From Bacteroidales bacterium (GTDB lineage Bacteria; Bacteroidota; Bacteroidia; Bacteroidales; UBA1402), in assembly GCA_035719105.1 (NCBI GenBank), contig DASTGN010000003.1:198979-262978 (forward strand): a stretch of 64,000 bases of DNA. Reading direction: 5' to 3'. Each line of letters begins with the position of its first letter. The first letter of the stretch is position 1. Shown here piece after piece: positions 46,483 through 55,248 of the stretch. The notes under the pieces are model-generated. The model was not told the DNA's origin. It was given only the letters and a program-made list of their open reading frames with translations, and made no database searches. A program made the position numbers and the translations under genes.

Positions 46483-48411
46483 TCAACCAACTTCCGAGAC
46501 TTCGTCGTATATTTCGAAAGGAGAGTTTTGGCTTTTAAACTCGGGAATCAGTTCCTTCATAGCTCGAATCGTACAAGGAATATCCACGATGTAGGCGCAA
46601 TCGATAGCCTTTGTTAGTTTATTGCAGACATCATCGAAATCGTACTGACGCACCTTCGCAACGGTAATCTTTTCGTGCTCTGTGGGCAGGGTCGTTTCCT
46701 TGTCATTCAGCAGTTCCTCGTAGAGTTTTTCGCCGGGTCTCAGGCCGGTAATTTGAATCTTGATGTCGACATCGGGCAGCAAACCGGCCAATTCGATCAT
46801 TTTTCTGGCCAAATCGATGATCTTGACGGGTTCACCCATGTCAAAGACGTAGATTTCACCCGATTTGCCAAACGAAGCGGCTTCCAGAACCAAGCGGCAG
46901 GCTTCGGGAATGGTCATGAAATAGCGGATAATATCGGGGTGAGTCACCGTAACCGGACCACCACGTTCAATCTGCGATTTGAAGTGCGGAATCACGGAAC
47001 CGTTGGAACCCAACACATTGCCGAAACGAGTGGTTACGAATTGAATCGGATTCCCCATTCGGGCAGCTTCCTTGGCCAAGGTCTGAACGTAGATTTCGGC
47101 CATGCGTTTGGAAGCACCCATCACATTGGTAGGGTTCACAGCCTTGTCGGTGGAAATCATGACGAAACGCTCCACACCGTATTGGGCAGAGAAGCTACTT
47201 AAATTCTTGGTACCAAGCACATTGACCAAAATAGCCTCGCAAGGATTTTCCTCCATCATCGGCACATGCTTGTAGGCAGCAGCATGGTAGACAACCTGCG
47301 GCCTAAACTTGCGGAACACAAAGCCCAAGCGGTTCACACTGCGGACATCACCAATCACCGTTTCAAAAACGAGATCCGGGTAAATCAACTCCAACTCCAA
47401 ACGAAGGTTGTGAAGCGGGGTTTCAGCCAAGTCGAACAAAACAAGCGACTGCGGTCTGAACTGAGCCAGTTGGCGAACCAATTCACTACCAATGGAACCG
47501 GCAGCACCCGTAATGAGAATCACCTTGTTGCGAACCTGGCTCTCAATACGCTCCATATCGATGCGAATTTCCTCCCTACCCAACAAATCCTCGAACTGAA
47601 TAGGCTTCATCTGAACATGCATTTGACCGGGGCTATCCACACCCTCGAACGGTGGTGATACCATCACCTCCAACCCTTTTTCCAAACAGGTGGAGATAAA
47701 AGCCTCTTCTTGGCGAGCTGATATGTAATCGGGAAATAAAATGGTCAATATCTGATTCTTACGCAAAAACACATCCATATTGTCGCTTTCCAAATCGTAC
47801 ACAGGCAAATCGTGGATGCGCATGCTGCGTGATTTGCCGTCACGTACCAAAAAACCCTGCACCAAATGGTTGTTCCTCGGGCTTTTGTTGATCCATTGAG
47901 CCAAGGCCAAGCTGTGTCCGCCGATACCGTACACTAACGTGTTCTTGCCCTTCTTGCCCGAATAGCTCATGGTGTAGAAATACAAAAAAACCACGATGAG
48001 CCGCATGGACAACATCAAAGAGAGCGAATAAATCATCAGGTTTTGCACCAAAAACAAGCGGTAGGGAACATCCAACTGCATCGCTACGATCAAACCCAAG
48101 AAAACCACATTGGATGAAAACAGAGCGAGGAATACCCGCCACAATTCCTGCAGGTTGGAATGACGAATCAGTCCGCGATATGACTTGAAAAAGTAGAAGG
48201 AAACCGCATTAACTATCAAATAAATGAAACACCATACGAGAACGTTTGGAATTTGATGGTCGGCGTCCACTTTGGATCGAATGTACACCGCACCAAAATA
48301 CGCAGCAGTACATAAAAACAAATCAATCGAATAAATTATCCAACGATTGAACATGGATTTACCCATGAGTTTCGTGAAAAATCTTCTTAGAACATTTTGA
48401 ATTTCATTCAT
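46483..48411 (-). CDS. CapD/WbpM-type polysaccharide biosynthesis protein (membrane-anchored NDP-sugar 4,6-dehydratase/epimerase), copy 1
   Basis: Four N-terminal TM helices are followed by the Rossmann motif ITGAAGSIGSEL and a Polysacc_synt_2-type SDR core (YHAAAYKHVPMME, STDKAVNPTNVMGASKR). Confidence 0.88.
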   Translation of the reverse strand: MNEIQNVLRRFFTKLMGKSMFNRWIIYSIDLFLCTAAYFGAVYIRSKVDADHQIPNVLVWCFIYLIVNAVSFYFFKSYRGLIRHSNLQELWRVFLALFSSNVVFLGLIVAMQLDVPYRLFLVQNLMIYSLSLMLSMRLIVVFLYFYTMSYSGKKGKNTLVYGIGGHSLALAQWINKSPRNNHLVQGFLVRDGKSRSMRIHDLPVYDLESDNMDVFLRKNQILTILFPDYISARQEEAFISTCLEKGLEVMVSPPFEGVDSPGQMHVQMKPIQFEDLLGREEIRIDMERIESQVRNKVILITGAAGSIGSELVRQLAQFRPQSLVLFDLAETPLHNLRLELELIYPDLVFETVIGDVRSVNRLGFVFRKFRPQVVYHAAAYKHVPMMEENPCEAILVNVLGTKNLSSFSAQYGVERFVMISTDKAVNPTNVMGASKRMAEIYVQTLAKEAARMGNPIQFVTTRFGNVLGSNGSVIPHFKSQIERGGPVTVTHPDIIRYFMTIPEACRLVLEAASFGKSGEIYVFDMGEPVKIIDLARKMIELAGLLPDVDIKIQITGLRPGEKLYEELLNDKETTLPTEHEKITVAKVRQYDFDDVCNKLTKAIDCAYIVDIPCTIRAMKELIPEFKSQNSPFEIYDEVSEVG

Positions 48412-48433
48412 TAGTCAGGTAGCATGAAACATA

Positions 48434-48441
48434 CAAAAATA
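48434..48441 (-). promoter_or_regulatory. Bacteroidota -7 promoter box upstream of capD-like copy 1
   Basis: The reverse complement is TATTTTTG, 23 nt upstream of the ATG at 48411 and just downstream of the terminator at 48484-48513. Confidence 0.4.
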
Positions 48442-48483
48442 ACAAAAAGTTTACTTCTATAGCGGTTTATCAAAGAATTGTTC

Positions 48484-48513
48484 AAAAAAAAAGCCGTTCC
48501 AAAATGAAACGGC
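48484..48513 (-). terminator. rho-independent terminator after the epimerase gene
   Basis: On the minus strand, GCCGTT-tcattttgg-AACGGC is followed by TTTTTTTTT. Confidence 0.75.
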
Positions 48514-48545
48514 CATTAATTACTTTAATATCAATTTATTACAAA

Positions 48546-49610
48546 TTATATTTTATCCCAAGCGACATACCACTGAGCAAAGGCCTCCAAACCCTCCTTC
48601 AGGGTCGTCGAAGGTTTGTAACCGAACTCCTTTTCCAAGTCCGAAACATCGCAATACGTATTCAAAACATCCCCTGGCTGCATGGGTAAAAACTCCTTGA
48701 CAGCCTCTTTTCCAAGTGCTTGCTCCAGCGTTTCGATGTAATCCATCAAACGGACAGGAGCCGAGCTTCCAATGTTGTATATTCGGTATGGCTCCGACGA
48801 AGTCGCCGGATCAGGCGCCTGCGCATTCCAATCCGCTGCAGCCGTGGCCGGCTTGTTGATGACCCGAACCACCCCCTCAATGATATCCGCAATGTAGGTG
48901 AAATCCCTGCCCATGTCCCCCTTATTGAAAACCTTGAGCGTTTTGCCGTGCAAGATGGCATCGGCAAAAAGCATCGGCGACATGTCCGGCCTGCCCCACG
49001 GCCCATAAACCGTAAAAAACCGCAAACCCGTAGTGGGCATCTGATACAGTTTCGAAAACACATGCGCCATCAACTCGTTGCTCTTCTTGGTGGCCGCATA
49101 AAACGAAACCGGATGGTTCACTGATTCGTGCGTGGAAAACGGCATGTGCCCGTTCAGCCCATAAACGCTGCTCGAACTGGCATACACCAAATGTTCCACC
49201 CGATGCTTCCGCGATTGTTCCAAAATATTGGTGAAACCCACGATGTTGCTGTTTACGTAGGCCATCGGATTCTCGATGGAGTACCGCACGCCAGCCTGCG
49301 CACCCAGGTTGCAAACCACCCCGAAGGCAATCTCCTCGAACAAGGAAGCCAAGTTTTCACTGTCCTCCATTTTTATCCGGATGAACCGATAGCCCTTGTG
49401 TTTTGCGCTGGGAGTCAGTTTGTTCCATTGAATAGCCTCCTCAGTAACGCCCAACTCCGCCAATCGCGCGTACTTCAATCGAACGTCGTAATAATCGTTG
49501 ATGTTATCCAGTCCCACCACTTGCCAGCCCTCAGCCAACAAACGTTCCGAAAGCCAGAAACCGATGAAACCGGCACCACCAGTCACCAAAATCGTCTTGT
49601 TTTGTATCAC
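48546..49610 (-). CDS. NAD-dependent epimerase, UDP-glucuronate 4-epimerase-like
   Basis: The motifs are VTGGAGFIGF, DNINDYYDV and YAATKK (YxxxK). The length of about 354 aa is typical of the Cap1J/LpsL type. Confidence 0.82.
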   Translation of the reverse strand: MIQNKTILVTGGAGFIGFWLSERLLAEGWQVVGLDNINDYYDVRLKYARLAELGVTEEAIQWNKLTPSAKHKGYRFIRIKMEDSENLASLFEEIAFGVVCNLGAQAGVRYSIENPMAYVNSNIVGFTNILEQSRKHRVEHLVYASSSSVYGLNGHMPFSTHESVNHPVSFYAATKKSNELMAHVFSKLYQMPTTGLRFFTVYGPWGRPDMSPMLFADAILHGKTLKVFNKGDMGRDFTYIADIIEGVVRVINKPATAAADWNAQAPDPATSSEPYRIYNIGSSAPVRLMDYIETLEQALGKEAVKEFLPMQPGDVLNTYCDVSDLEKEFGYKPSTTLKEGLEAFAQWYVAWDKI

Positions 49611-50347
49611 TTTCCTGTTGTAAAAAGTTCATTCACAGCCTCGTACGAAGCCAAATCTCCAATATCGAAGCGTTTGCCGGGCAACGGCCAGGCGTACACT
49701 TCCGTCTGCTTGCAGAGCCAAGCCATCAGGTTTCCAGGAGCATCGGCTCCGCAACCGTTTTCCAACGCTTGGCGAACCAAGGGCAAATCGTCCTTGCGGT
49801 AAAAGTAAAACGGCGGTACCGCCCAATGCGAAGGCGGCAGCTGCGGTTTCTCATGCATGGCGATCACCCGCATGTTTTGGTCCGCCTCCAAAACGCCCGT
49901 TTTTTGCAAAGCCTTGATCGAAGGCTCCTCGTGGCAGGTCAGGCAGCTCCTACCCTTCTCCACGGCAAACCGGACAAAAGGCGCGAACGAGAAATCCACC
50001 ACATTGTCGCCGGCCAAAACCAGCAAATCGTCTTTGATGTGGAGGCTGTCCAGCACAAACAAAATATCTTTTACGGCGCCCAAGCGGTTGTCGTTGGTGG
50101 TGGTGCCGTCGTTCACAATCCGAACCGGTTTGATAAACGCTTTGTTTTTCAGCCAGTTTTGGAAAACGATTGAAAAGGTGGCATTTGTTACTACAATATG
50201 TTCATCAATCGCATCAATTTTTTCCAGATCCCCAAGTAAACGATCCAAGATGCTGATGCCACCGATTACGAGCAACGGCTTCGGAAAATTCTGTGTCAAA
50301 GGATACAACCGCGTCGCATATCCTGCCGCTAAAATCAGTGCCTTCAT
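49607..50347 (-). CDS. sugar-1-phosphate nucleotidyltransferase
   Basis: The N-terminal motif is MKALILAAGYATRLYPLTQNFPKPLL. The stop overlaps the epimerase start by 4 nt. Confidence 0.8.
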   Translation of the reverse strand: MKALILAAGYATRLYPLTQNFPKPLLVIGGISILDRLLGDLEKIDAIDEHIVVTNATFSIVFQNWLKNKAFIKPVRIVNDGTTTNDNRLGAVKDILFVLDSLHIKDDLLVLAGDNVVDFSFAPFVRFAVEKGRSCLTCHEEPSIKALQKTGVLEADQNMRVIAMHEKPQLPPSHWAVPPFYFYRKDDLPLVRQALENGCGADAPGNLMAWLCKQTEVYAWPLPGKRFDIGDLASYEAVNELFTTGK

Positions 50348-50363
50348 ATCTTAAAAACGAATA

Positions 50364-50425
50364 TTTTATTATCACTACAATAGTAGCATTTTTACCTCAA
50401 ATATTGCTATCATACTAACGATAAT
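50364..50425. repeat. solitary copy of the ATTATC...AACGATAAT element
   Basis: The sequence is TTTTATTATCACTAcaatagtagcatttttacctcaaatattgctatcatacTAACGATAAT. The first 14 nt are identical to the start of the element in the fourth 177-bp unit, at about 45150-45163. The copy fills the gap between the nucleotidyltransferase start and the RES toxin stop. Confidence 0.75.
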
Positions 50426-50875
50426 CTACAAAACCAGTCTTCCATCCCAATCAAATTCCTCCACCTCTACCAACCGAATCATCTCGCCAAAATCCGGATG
50501 TTGTGTGTTTATCAAATAATTACGTTCCTGAGGAATTAATACTGAAGGAACGCTCAAAACCAATGACTCACTCCGCCGATACCATTCCGCACCTATTTCT
50601 CTCAAATGTCCAAAACTAGAAATCTGTTTCCAATGGTCGGGCAAAGACTCTGGGAGGAGCAATTGACAAGAATCGACGGGAACTTCCAACACCATCACCT
50701 TATACGGATTATTTAGGAACTGTCCACTCCGTCTAGCCAACATCTCCAACGCCGCTAAAGACCGCGTGGCGCTTGAATATAAAATCCACTGCCCATCGTG
50801 GTTCCACCTCCCGGCAGAACCTGAAGCTTTTAGATCTGCGGCATATTCAGCACGGCATATTCGATAGCTAAGCAT
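50426..50875 (-). CDS. RES-domain toxin
   Basis: 149 aa. GRWNHDGQWILYSSATRSLAALEML and the conserved downstream Ser region give the R...E...S pattern. It is paired with an Xre/DUF2384-type antitoxin 3 nt upstream. Confidence 0.82.
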   Translation of the reverse strand: MLSYRICRAEYAADLKASGSAGRWNHDGQWILYSSATRSLAALEMLARRSGQFLNNPYKVMVLEVPVDSCQLLLPESLPDHWKQISSFGHLREIGAEWYRRSESLVLSVPSVLIPQERNYLINTQHPDFGEMIRLVEVEEFDWDGRLVL

Positions 50876-50878
50876 CGG

Positions 50879-51304
50879 CTAAGCATTATCTCCGTATTCC
50901 ATGCCATACAAACTGCTATCAATGAACCGAATGCCAGAAATAGTGCCCAAAAAATCTTTTGGCTTCATTCGATCAAGCATCAGATTCTCTCTATCCAACC
51001 AGGCTTCGAACTCCTTGGAAGAACCAAAAACGGATGCACCATGCTTAAACAAAGTCTTCAGGAGCAAAACCTGTTCGCCCAAGGTTTCGGAAAGTACCGA
51101 TTTTCGAGCTAAATAACTTCTCAAGGTTTTAGGCGTCACGTGCAACCAACCAGACAGCAGCTCACCGCTTACGCCTGTTTCTTCTTTGAGCGTTCTCAAA
51201 CTCTCCGAGTCTACTTGGTTGTTCATCAACGCATAAACCACTTCAGCATCGTTCAACCTAAACGTTTGCTCCTGCTCTGAATTGGACGGCTTGTATTCTT
51301 TCAC
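50879..51304 (-). CDS. Xre/MbcA/ParS-like antitoxin (HTH + DUF2384 toxin-binding domain)
   Basis: 141 aa. The C-terminal sequence FEAWLDRENLMLDRMKPKDFLGTISG is typical of the DUF2384 antitoxins of RES toxins. Confidence 0.78.
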   Translation of the reverse strand: MKEYKPSNSEQEQTFRLNDAEVVYALMNNQVDSESLRTLKEETGVSGELLSGWLHVTPKTLRSYLARKSVLSETLGEQVLLLKTLFKHGASVFGSSKEFEAWLDRENLMLDRMKPKDFLGTISGIRFIDSSLYGMEYGDNA

Positions 51305-51341
51305 CTTCTATTATTTCCTAGGTTCCATTTGCTAATCCATA

Positions 51342-51349
51342 CAAATATA
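51342..51349 (-). promoter_or_regulatory. Bacteroidota -7 promoter box upstream of the antitoxin gene
   Basis: The reverse complement is TATATTTG, 38 nt upstream of the ATG at 51304. Confidence 0.4.
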
Positions 51350-51446
51350 GAACATTTTACCCACACAAACAAGAAAATTTACCTTATTTGTAGTACATTC
51401 GCTTAAAATAATCAAATTATTTGTGCCGTCATAAACGAAATTATAC

Positions 51447-51454
51447 TAACTTTG
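51447..51454 (+). promoter_or_regulatory. Bacteroidota -7 promoter box upstream of the ATPase gene
   Basis: TAACTTTG lies 70 nt before the ATG at 51524. Confidence 0.35.
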
Positions 51455-51523
51455 CCAATATTTCATGCAGAATATGTGATAATAAACACATAATCCGCAC
51501 GTAAAACGTGAAAAAGTGAAAAC

Positions 51524-52846
51524 ATGAAAATTCAGCGAGACTTAATAGATTCGCTCAAGGGATGGAAAAACGCTCTTGAACGCAAACCAATCCTCTTGAA
51601 AGGAGCACGTCAGACAGGAAAGACATGGATTATGGAAGAATTCGGCAAGCAATGTTTTGACTACGTAGCCGAATTCAATTTTGATAAAACAACAGAACTA
51701 GCGAGCATCTTTGAAAAAACTAAAGACATACAGCGAATACTAAAGGAGCTAACTTTATTCACCAATGTACCCATCGAACCTGGAAAAACGCTAATCATTT
51801 TTGATGAGATACAAGCGTGTGAAGGCGCACTCAACAGCCTAAAGTATTTTTGTGAAGATGCGCCTCAATACCACCTCATTGCGGCAGGTTCGCTATTGGG
51901 AGTGGCCATACGTAAAAAAAAGATGTCCGTTCCGGTAGGCAAAGTACAGATTCTTCAGACTTACCCAGTCACCTTCAAGGAATTTCTTCGTGCATCCGAT
52001 CTTCAAACCTATTCGTATGTTCACAACTTGAGTCAGATAGAACTCCTACCTGAAATCATACTCCATAAATTGGAAGTGGAATACAGGCGCTACCTCGTTT
52101 GTGGTGGAATGCCCGAATCAGTAACAGCCCTACTTGGCAACGAAGGTATGCAAAGGGTAGAAGACGTTTTGCAAAACATTTTAGATCTTTACACGCTCGA
52201 TTTTGCAAAGTATGCAACCCCTACCGATATTCCGAGAATCAATAATTTATGGAACTCCCTTCCCTCCCAGTTGGCTAAAGAAAATCGGAAATTCATTTAT
52301 AAAGTCATTAAAACCGGTGCGCGTGCCCGAGAGTATGAAGATGCGTTGCTTTGGTTGGAAGAAGCAGGATTGATCTATCGCGTCTACAATGTTTCCAAGC
52401 CTGGCATCCCATTAAGTGCCTATCAAGATCTTTCTGCCTTTAAGGTATACGCCTTCGATTGTGGTATATTAAGACGTTTGGCCAAACTATCCCCTGAAGT
52501 CATTCTATCAGGCAACGCCGGATACGTAGAGTTTAAAGGCGCATTAGCCGAAAATGCGATTCTACAGGCCCTTGTTCCACAGTCGGATGGATTGCCCTAT
52601 TATTGGAGTTCAGAGAACAGGGCGGAAGTCGATTTTATTTTGCAACAAGGTTTCCATGTCATTCCGGTGGAAGTCAAAGCCGAAAATCGAATCAGTGGAA
52701 AAAGCCTGTCCGTTTACACTTCCAAATTCGGACCCCAGTTGAAGATTCGATATTCATTAAATAATTTGAAAATGAATGAAGGCCTGCTATGCCTGCCATC
52801 TTTTCTTGCCGATTGGACCTACCAAATTTCAGGATGGATTAAATAA
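51524..52846 (+). CDS. AAA+ ATPase (AAA_14 + DUF4143 architecture)
   Basis: The motifs are Walker A GARQTGKT and Walker B LIIFDEIQ. The C-terminal DUF4143-like region contains EVDFIL. Confidence 0.82.
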   Translation: MKIQRDLIDSLKGWKNALERKPILLKGARQTGKTWIMEEFGKQCFDYVAEFNFDKTTELASIFEKTKDIQRILKELTLFTNVPIEPGKTLIIFDEIQACEGALNSLKYFCEDAPQYHLIAAGSLLGVAIRKKKMSVPVGKVQILQTYPVTFKEFLRASDLQTYSYVHNLSQIELLPEIILHKLEVEYRRYLVCGGMPESVTALLGNEGMQRVEDVLQNILDLYTLDFAKYATPTDIPRINNLWNSLPSQLAKENRKFIYKVIKTGARAREYEDALLWLEEAGLIYRVYNVSKPGIPLSAYQDLSAFKVYAFDCGILRRLAKLSPEVILSGNAGYVEFKGALAENAILQALVPQSDGLPYYWSSENRAEVDFILQQGFHVIPVEVKAENRISGKSLSVYTSKFGPQLKIRYSLNNLKMNEGLLCLPSFLADWTYQISGWIK

Positions 52847-52898
52847 CCAATGCTACGTACGCCTGTTATCAATATATTCATGCGTCCACAGATATTGA

Positions 52899-54062
52899 TT
52901 AATCTTTTAAACAGCGAACACTAAATCCAAACCGCTTGCCATGTGCAGTATTTGCATTCGTAAAGTAGGTACTTGCCTTACTGTAATCCAAAGCTATTGA
53001 TAATAAGGTGTTTTGCGATGAAGTAACCTCAGTCGAACTCCACCAATGTCCAAAATACCCATTCCCCGAAAAACCAAAAGTATTTGGATTGTTGACGTTA
53101 TAGTCAAGAATGTCCTTAGTGTAATTGTAATAACCGCTCGGCAAGGCTGAAAAACCACTTGAATTGGTTCCTCCAACATTTGGACCGACCCAATTCCCCT
53201 CATACAAGAATTCGATCTGATTGGCTAACACAAAGCTCTTGACCGATTTCATCTTGCCACCCGATATAGAATCACCTCCAAGATAATCGGAGAGTTTAAT
53301 CCAATCCTCCATGCTCGGTACATGCCAACCGGTTGGTGCCAATATACCAGTAGCTACTGCATATCCATTATACAAAATACCCAATGCATTTTTATTCAAC
53401 GGATTATACCATTTGCTGGAGGAGTTGTACCAATAATCAAAATAAAGCGGTGAATACAAATTGATCTTTTCACCCATCTCCCCTTTTACTGTTGGAATAT
53501 TCGTGCCATCATTATACTTGGTTGTTCTCAAATTTTCCAATATCCATAATTGTGTACCAATTTGCACGGTATGGTACACATTTCCGTCCACATCAGAGAC
53601 CGTTGGAGTTCTGGCATCTGTCGTAAAACTAAATTCTTCACCATAAGCCGTTTCCCCAATTGAATAATACCCGTAACCACTCGAAAACGAATGTAAGTTT
53701 GTCGCAAACGCTCTTACATAATAGGTAGTCTCTCCAACCAAGCTATCTATCGGACATAAAAATACGTCCGGCCTCTTAATATTGGTCTCTTTTTTAAGAT
53801 ACGTATAATCAGAGCACTTGTCTTTGACGGTTGGATGCGGCTTACTACTCCAACAAACCCCATATGAAATTCCTTCAACCTCACTACTGAAGGCAACCTC
53901 CCCTGAACAGGTGGCGGTGTATTGTGTCACATTGGCTACTCCGTCAGTTGTAACTGTCGGATCTAAAAGGGCTTCATCAGTGTCGATGGAATCTGTATTC
54001 TGATTACACGCAATGAATGCCATCGCAAACAAAAAAAGCCAACCTTTAGAAAAATTTTTCAT
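52899..54062 (-). CDS. FISUMP-domain (Fibrobacter succinogenes major paralogous domain) lipoprotein
   Basis: The lipobox is LFAMAFIACN. The FISUMP signature is DVDGNVYHTVQIGTQLWILENLRTTKYNDGT, and the C-terminus is FGFSVRCLKD. Confidence 0.8.
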   Translation of the reverse strand: MKNFSKGWLFLFAMAFIACNQNTDSIDTDEALLDPTVTTDGVANVTQYTATCSGEVAFSSEVEGISYGVCWSSKPHPTVKDKCSDYTYLKKETNIKRPDVFLCPIDSLVGETTYYVRAFATNLHSFSSGYGYYSIGETAYGEEFSFTTDARTPTVSDVDGNVYHTVQIGTQLWILENLRTTKYNDGTNIPTVKGEMGEKINLYSPLYFDYWYNSSSKWYNPLNKNALGILYNGYAVATGILAPTGWHVPSMEDWIKLSDYLGGDSISGGKMKSVKSFVLANQIEFLYEGNWVGPNVGGTNSSGFSALPSGYYNYTKDILDYNVNNPNTFGFSGNGYFGHWWSSTEVTSSQNTLLSIALDYSKASTYFTNANTAHGKRFGFSVRCLKD

Positions 54063-54063
54063 T

Positions 54064-55248
54064 CTATTGGTGTATCAACTTCCTGGCTCCATCCGCCGTT
54101 TTACACACATGGGCCGAAAACTGACCTTTTAATTCTGGAAAACTCTCCAAATAGCGTTTCGACACCGAAGCCAGAATCGACTCCCGTTGAGACGGATCCG
54201 AAATCGCTATGCAGCAACCTTTGAACCCTGCCCCACTGAAGCGGCCACCATAAATACCAGGCGTTTCGGTCATGATGTCGTACAAGGTAATCATCTCCGG
54301 ACAACCCGATTCCCATTTTTGAATGGAGCTCAAACCAGAAGCGAACATCACTGCACCCAACGTCTTGATGTCACCCTGACGGTATGCTTCCACAGCCTTT
54401 TCCACCCGACTGAACTCCGTCATGTAGTGAGTCGCCCGCTTGGCCAACGAAGCCGGCAAAAGATGCTTCCATTTTTCAAAAACAGCCGGTTCCACATCCC
54501 TCAACCGAGTTTCCGCCAAAGCACCATAAGGCAAGCCTTCATACGCCAACAAATTGAATGCGGCCACCTTGCATTCGTCGGTACGCGTGTTGTAGCCCGT
54601 ATTGATCAGCGAGCGCGTGAGCCCGCTAAAAAAGATCAAAATATCAAAATCCGGCATGGACGAAGGCGCCGGCACCAGTTTGTACGAACCATCCTTGGTA
54701 TCCAAATACAACAAATGATCTTTCTTGCACAACACCTCGCAGCTCTGATCCAACGTTCCCAGATTCAACCCGATGTATTCATGCTCCGCCTCAAATGCAA
54801 TCTGAATCAATTCCTCCTTGGTGAGCTCCAAATCGTTCACATCGGCCAAAGCCATGATGTAGCAAAGCAAAACGGCTGCCGAAGACGAGAGACCTCCAAT
54901 GGGCAAGGAACCATGAATCAAGCCCTGAATACCCACTTCCAACTTCATTCGTTTAGACAGTGCGAAAATGGCAGCCTGCACGTATACTCCCCAATGTTTG
55001 TATTTGGCAGGCACCGATTCCAATGGAAACAGAACCTGTCCCTCAAAATTCGTACTAAACATGTTGATCACCCCCGTTTCTGTCGGGATGTACAGCAAAT
55101 CCACACCGTGATCCAACGCAAAACCCGTCACATGGCCGTGCTGATGGTCAATGTGCGCTCCCACCGGGCACACCCTGTACGGACTATAAACGTGACGAAT
55201 CTCCGACTTAACGGCATCCGGAAAAAGTGAATGAAATTGTTTTTGCAT
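54064..55248 (-). CDS. GHMP-family sugar-1-kinase (galactokinase-like)
   Basis: The galactokinase-signature-like sequence is YRVCPVGAHIDHQHG. The GHMP motif is PIGGLSSSAA, and SGAGFKGC lies in the C-terminal part. Confidence 0.78.
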   Translation of the reverse strand: MQKQFHSLFPDAVKSEIRHVYSPYRVCPVGAHIDHQHGHVTGFALDHGVDLLYIPTETGVINMFSTNFEGQVLFPLESVPAKYKHWGVYVQAAIFALSKRMKLEVGIQGLIHGSLPIGGLSSSAAVLLCYIMALADVNDLELTKEELIQIAFEAEHEYIGLNLGTLDQSCEVLCKKDHLLYLDTKDGSYKLVPAPSSMPDFDILIFFSGLTRSLINTGYNTRTDECKVAAFNLLAYEGLPYGALAETRLRDVEPAVFEKWKHLLPASLAKRATHYMTEFSRVEKAVEAYRQGDIKTLGAVMFASGLSSIQKWESGCPEMITLYDIMTETPGIYGGRFSGAGFKGCCIAISDPSQRESILASVSKRYLESFPELKGQFSAHVCKTADGARKLIHQ

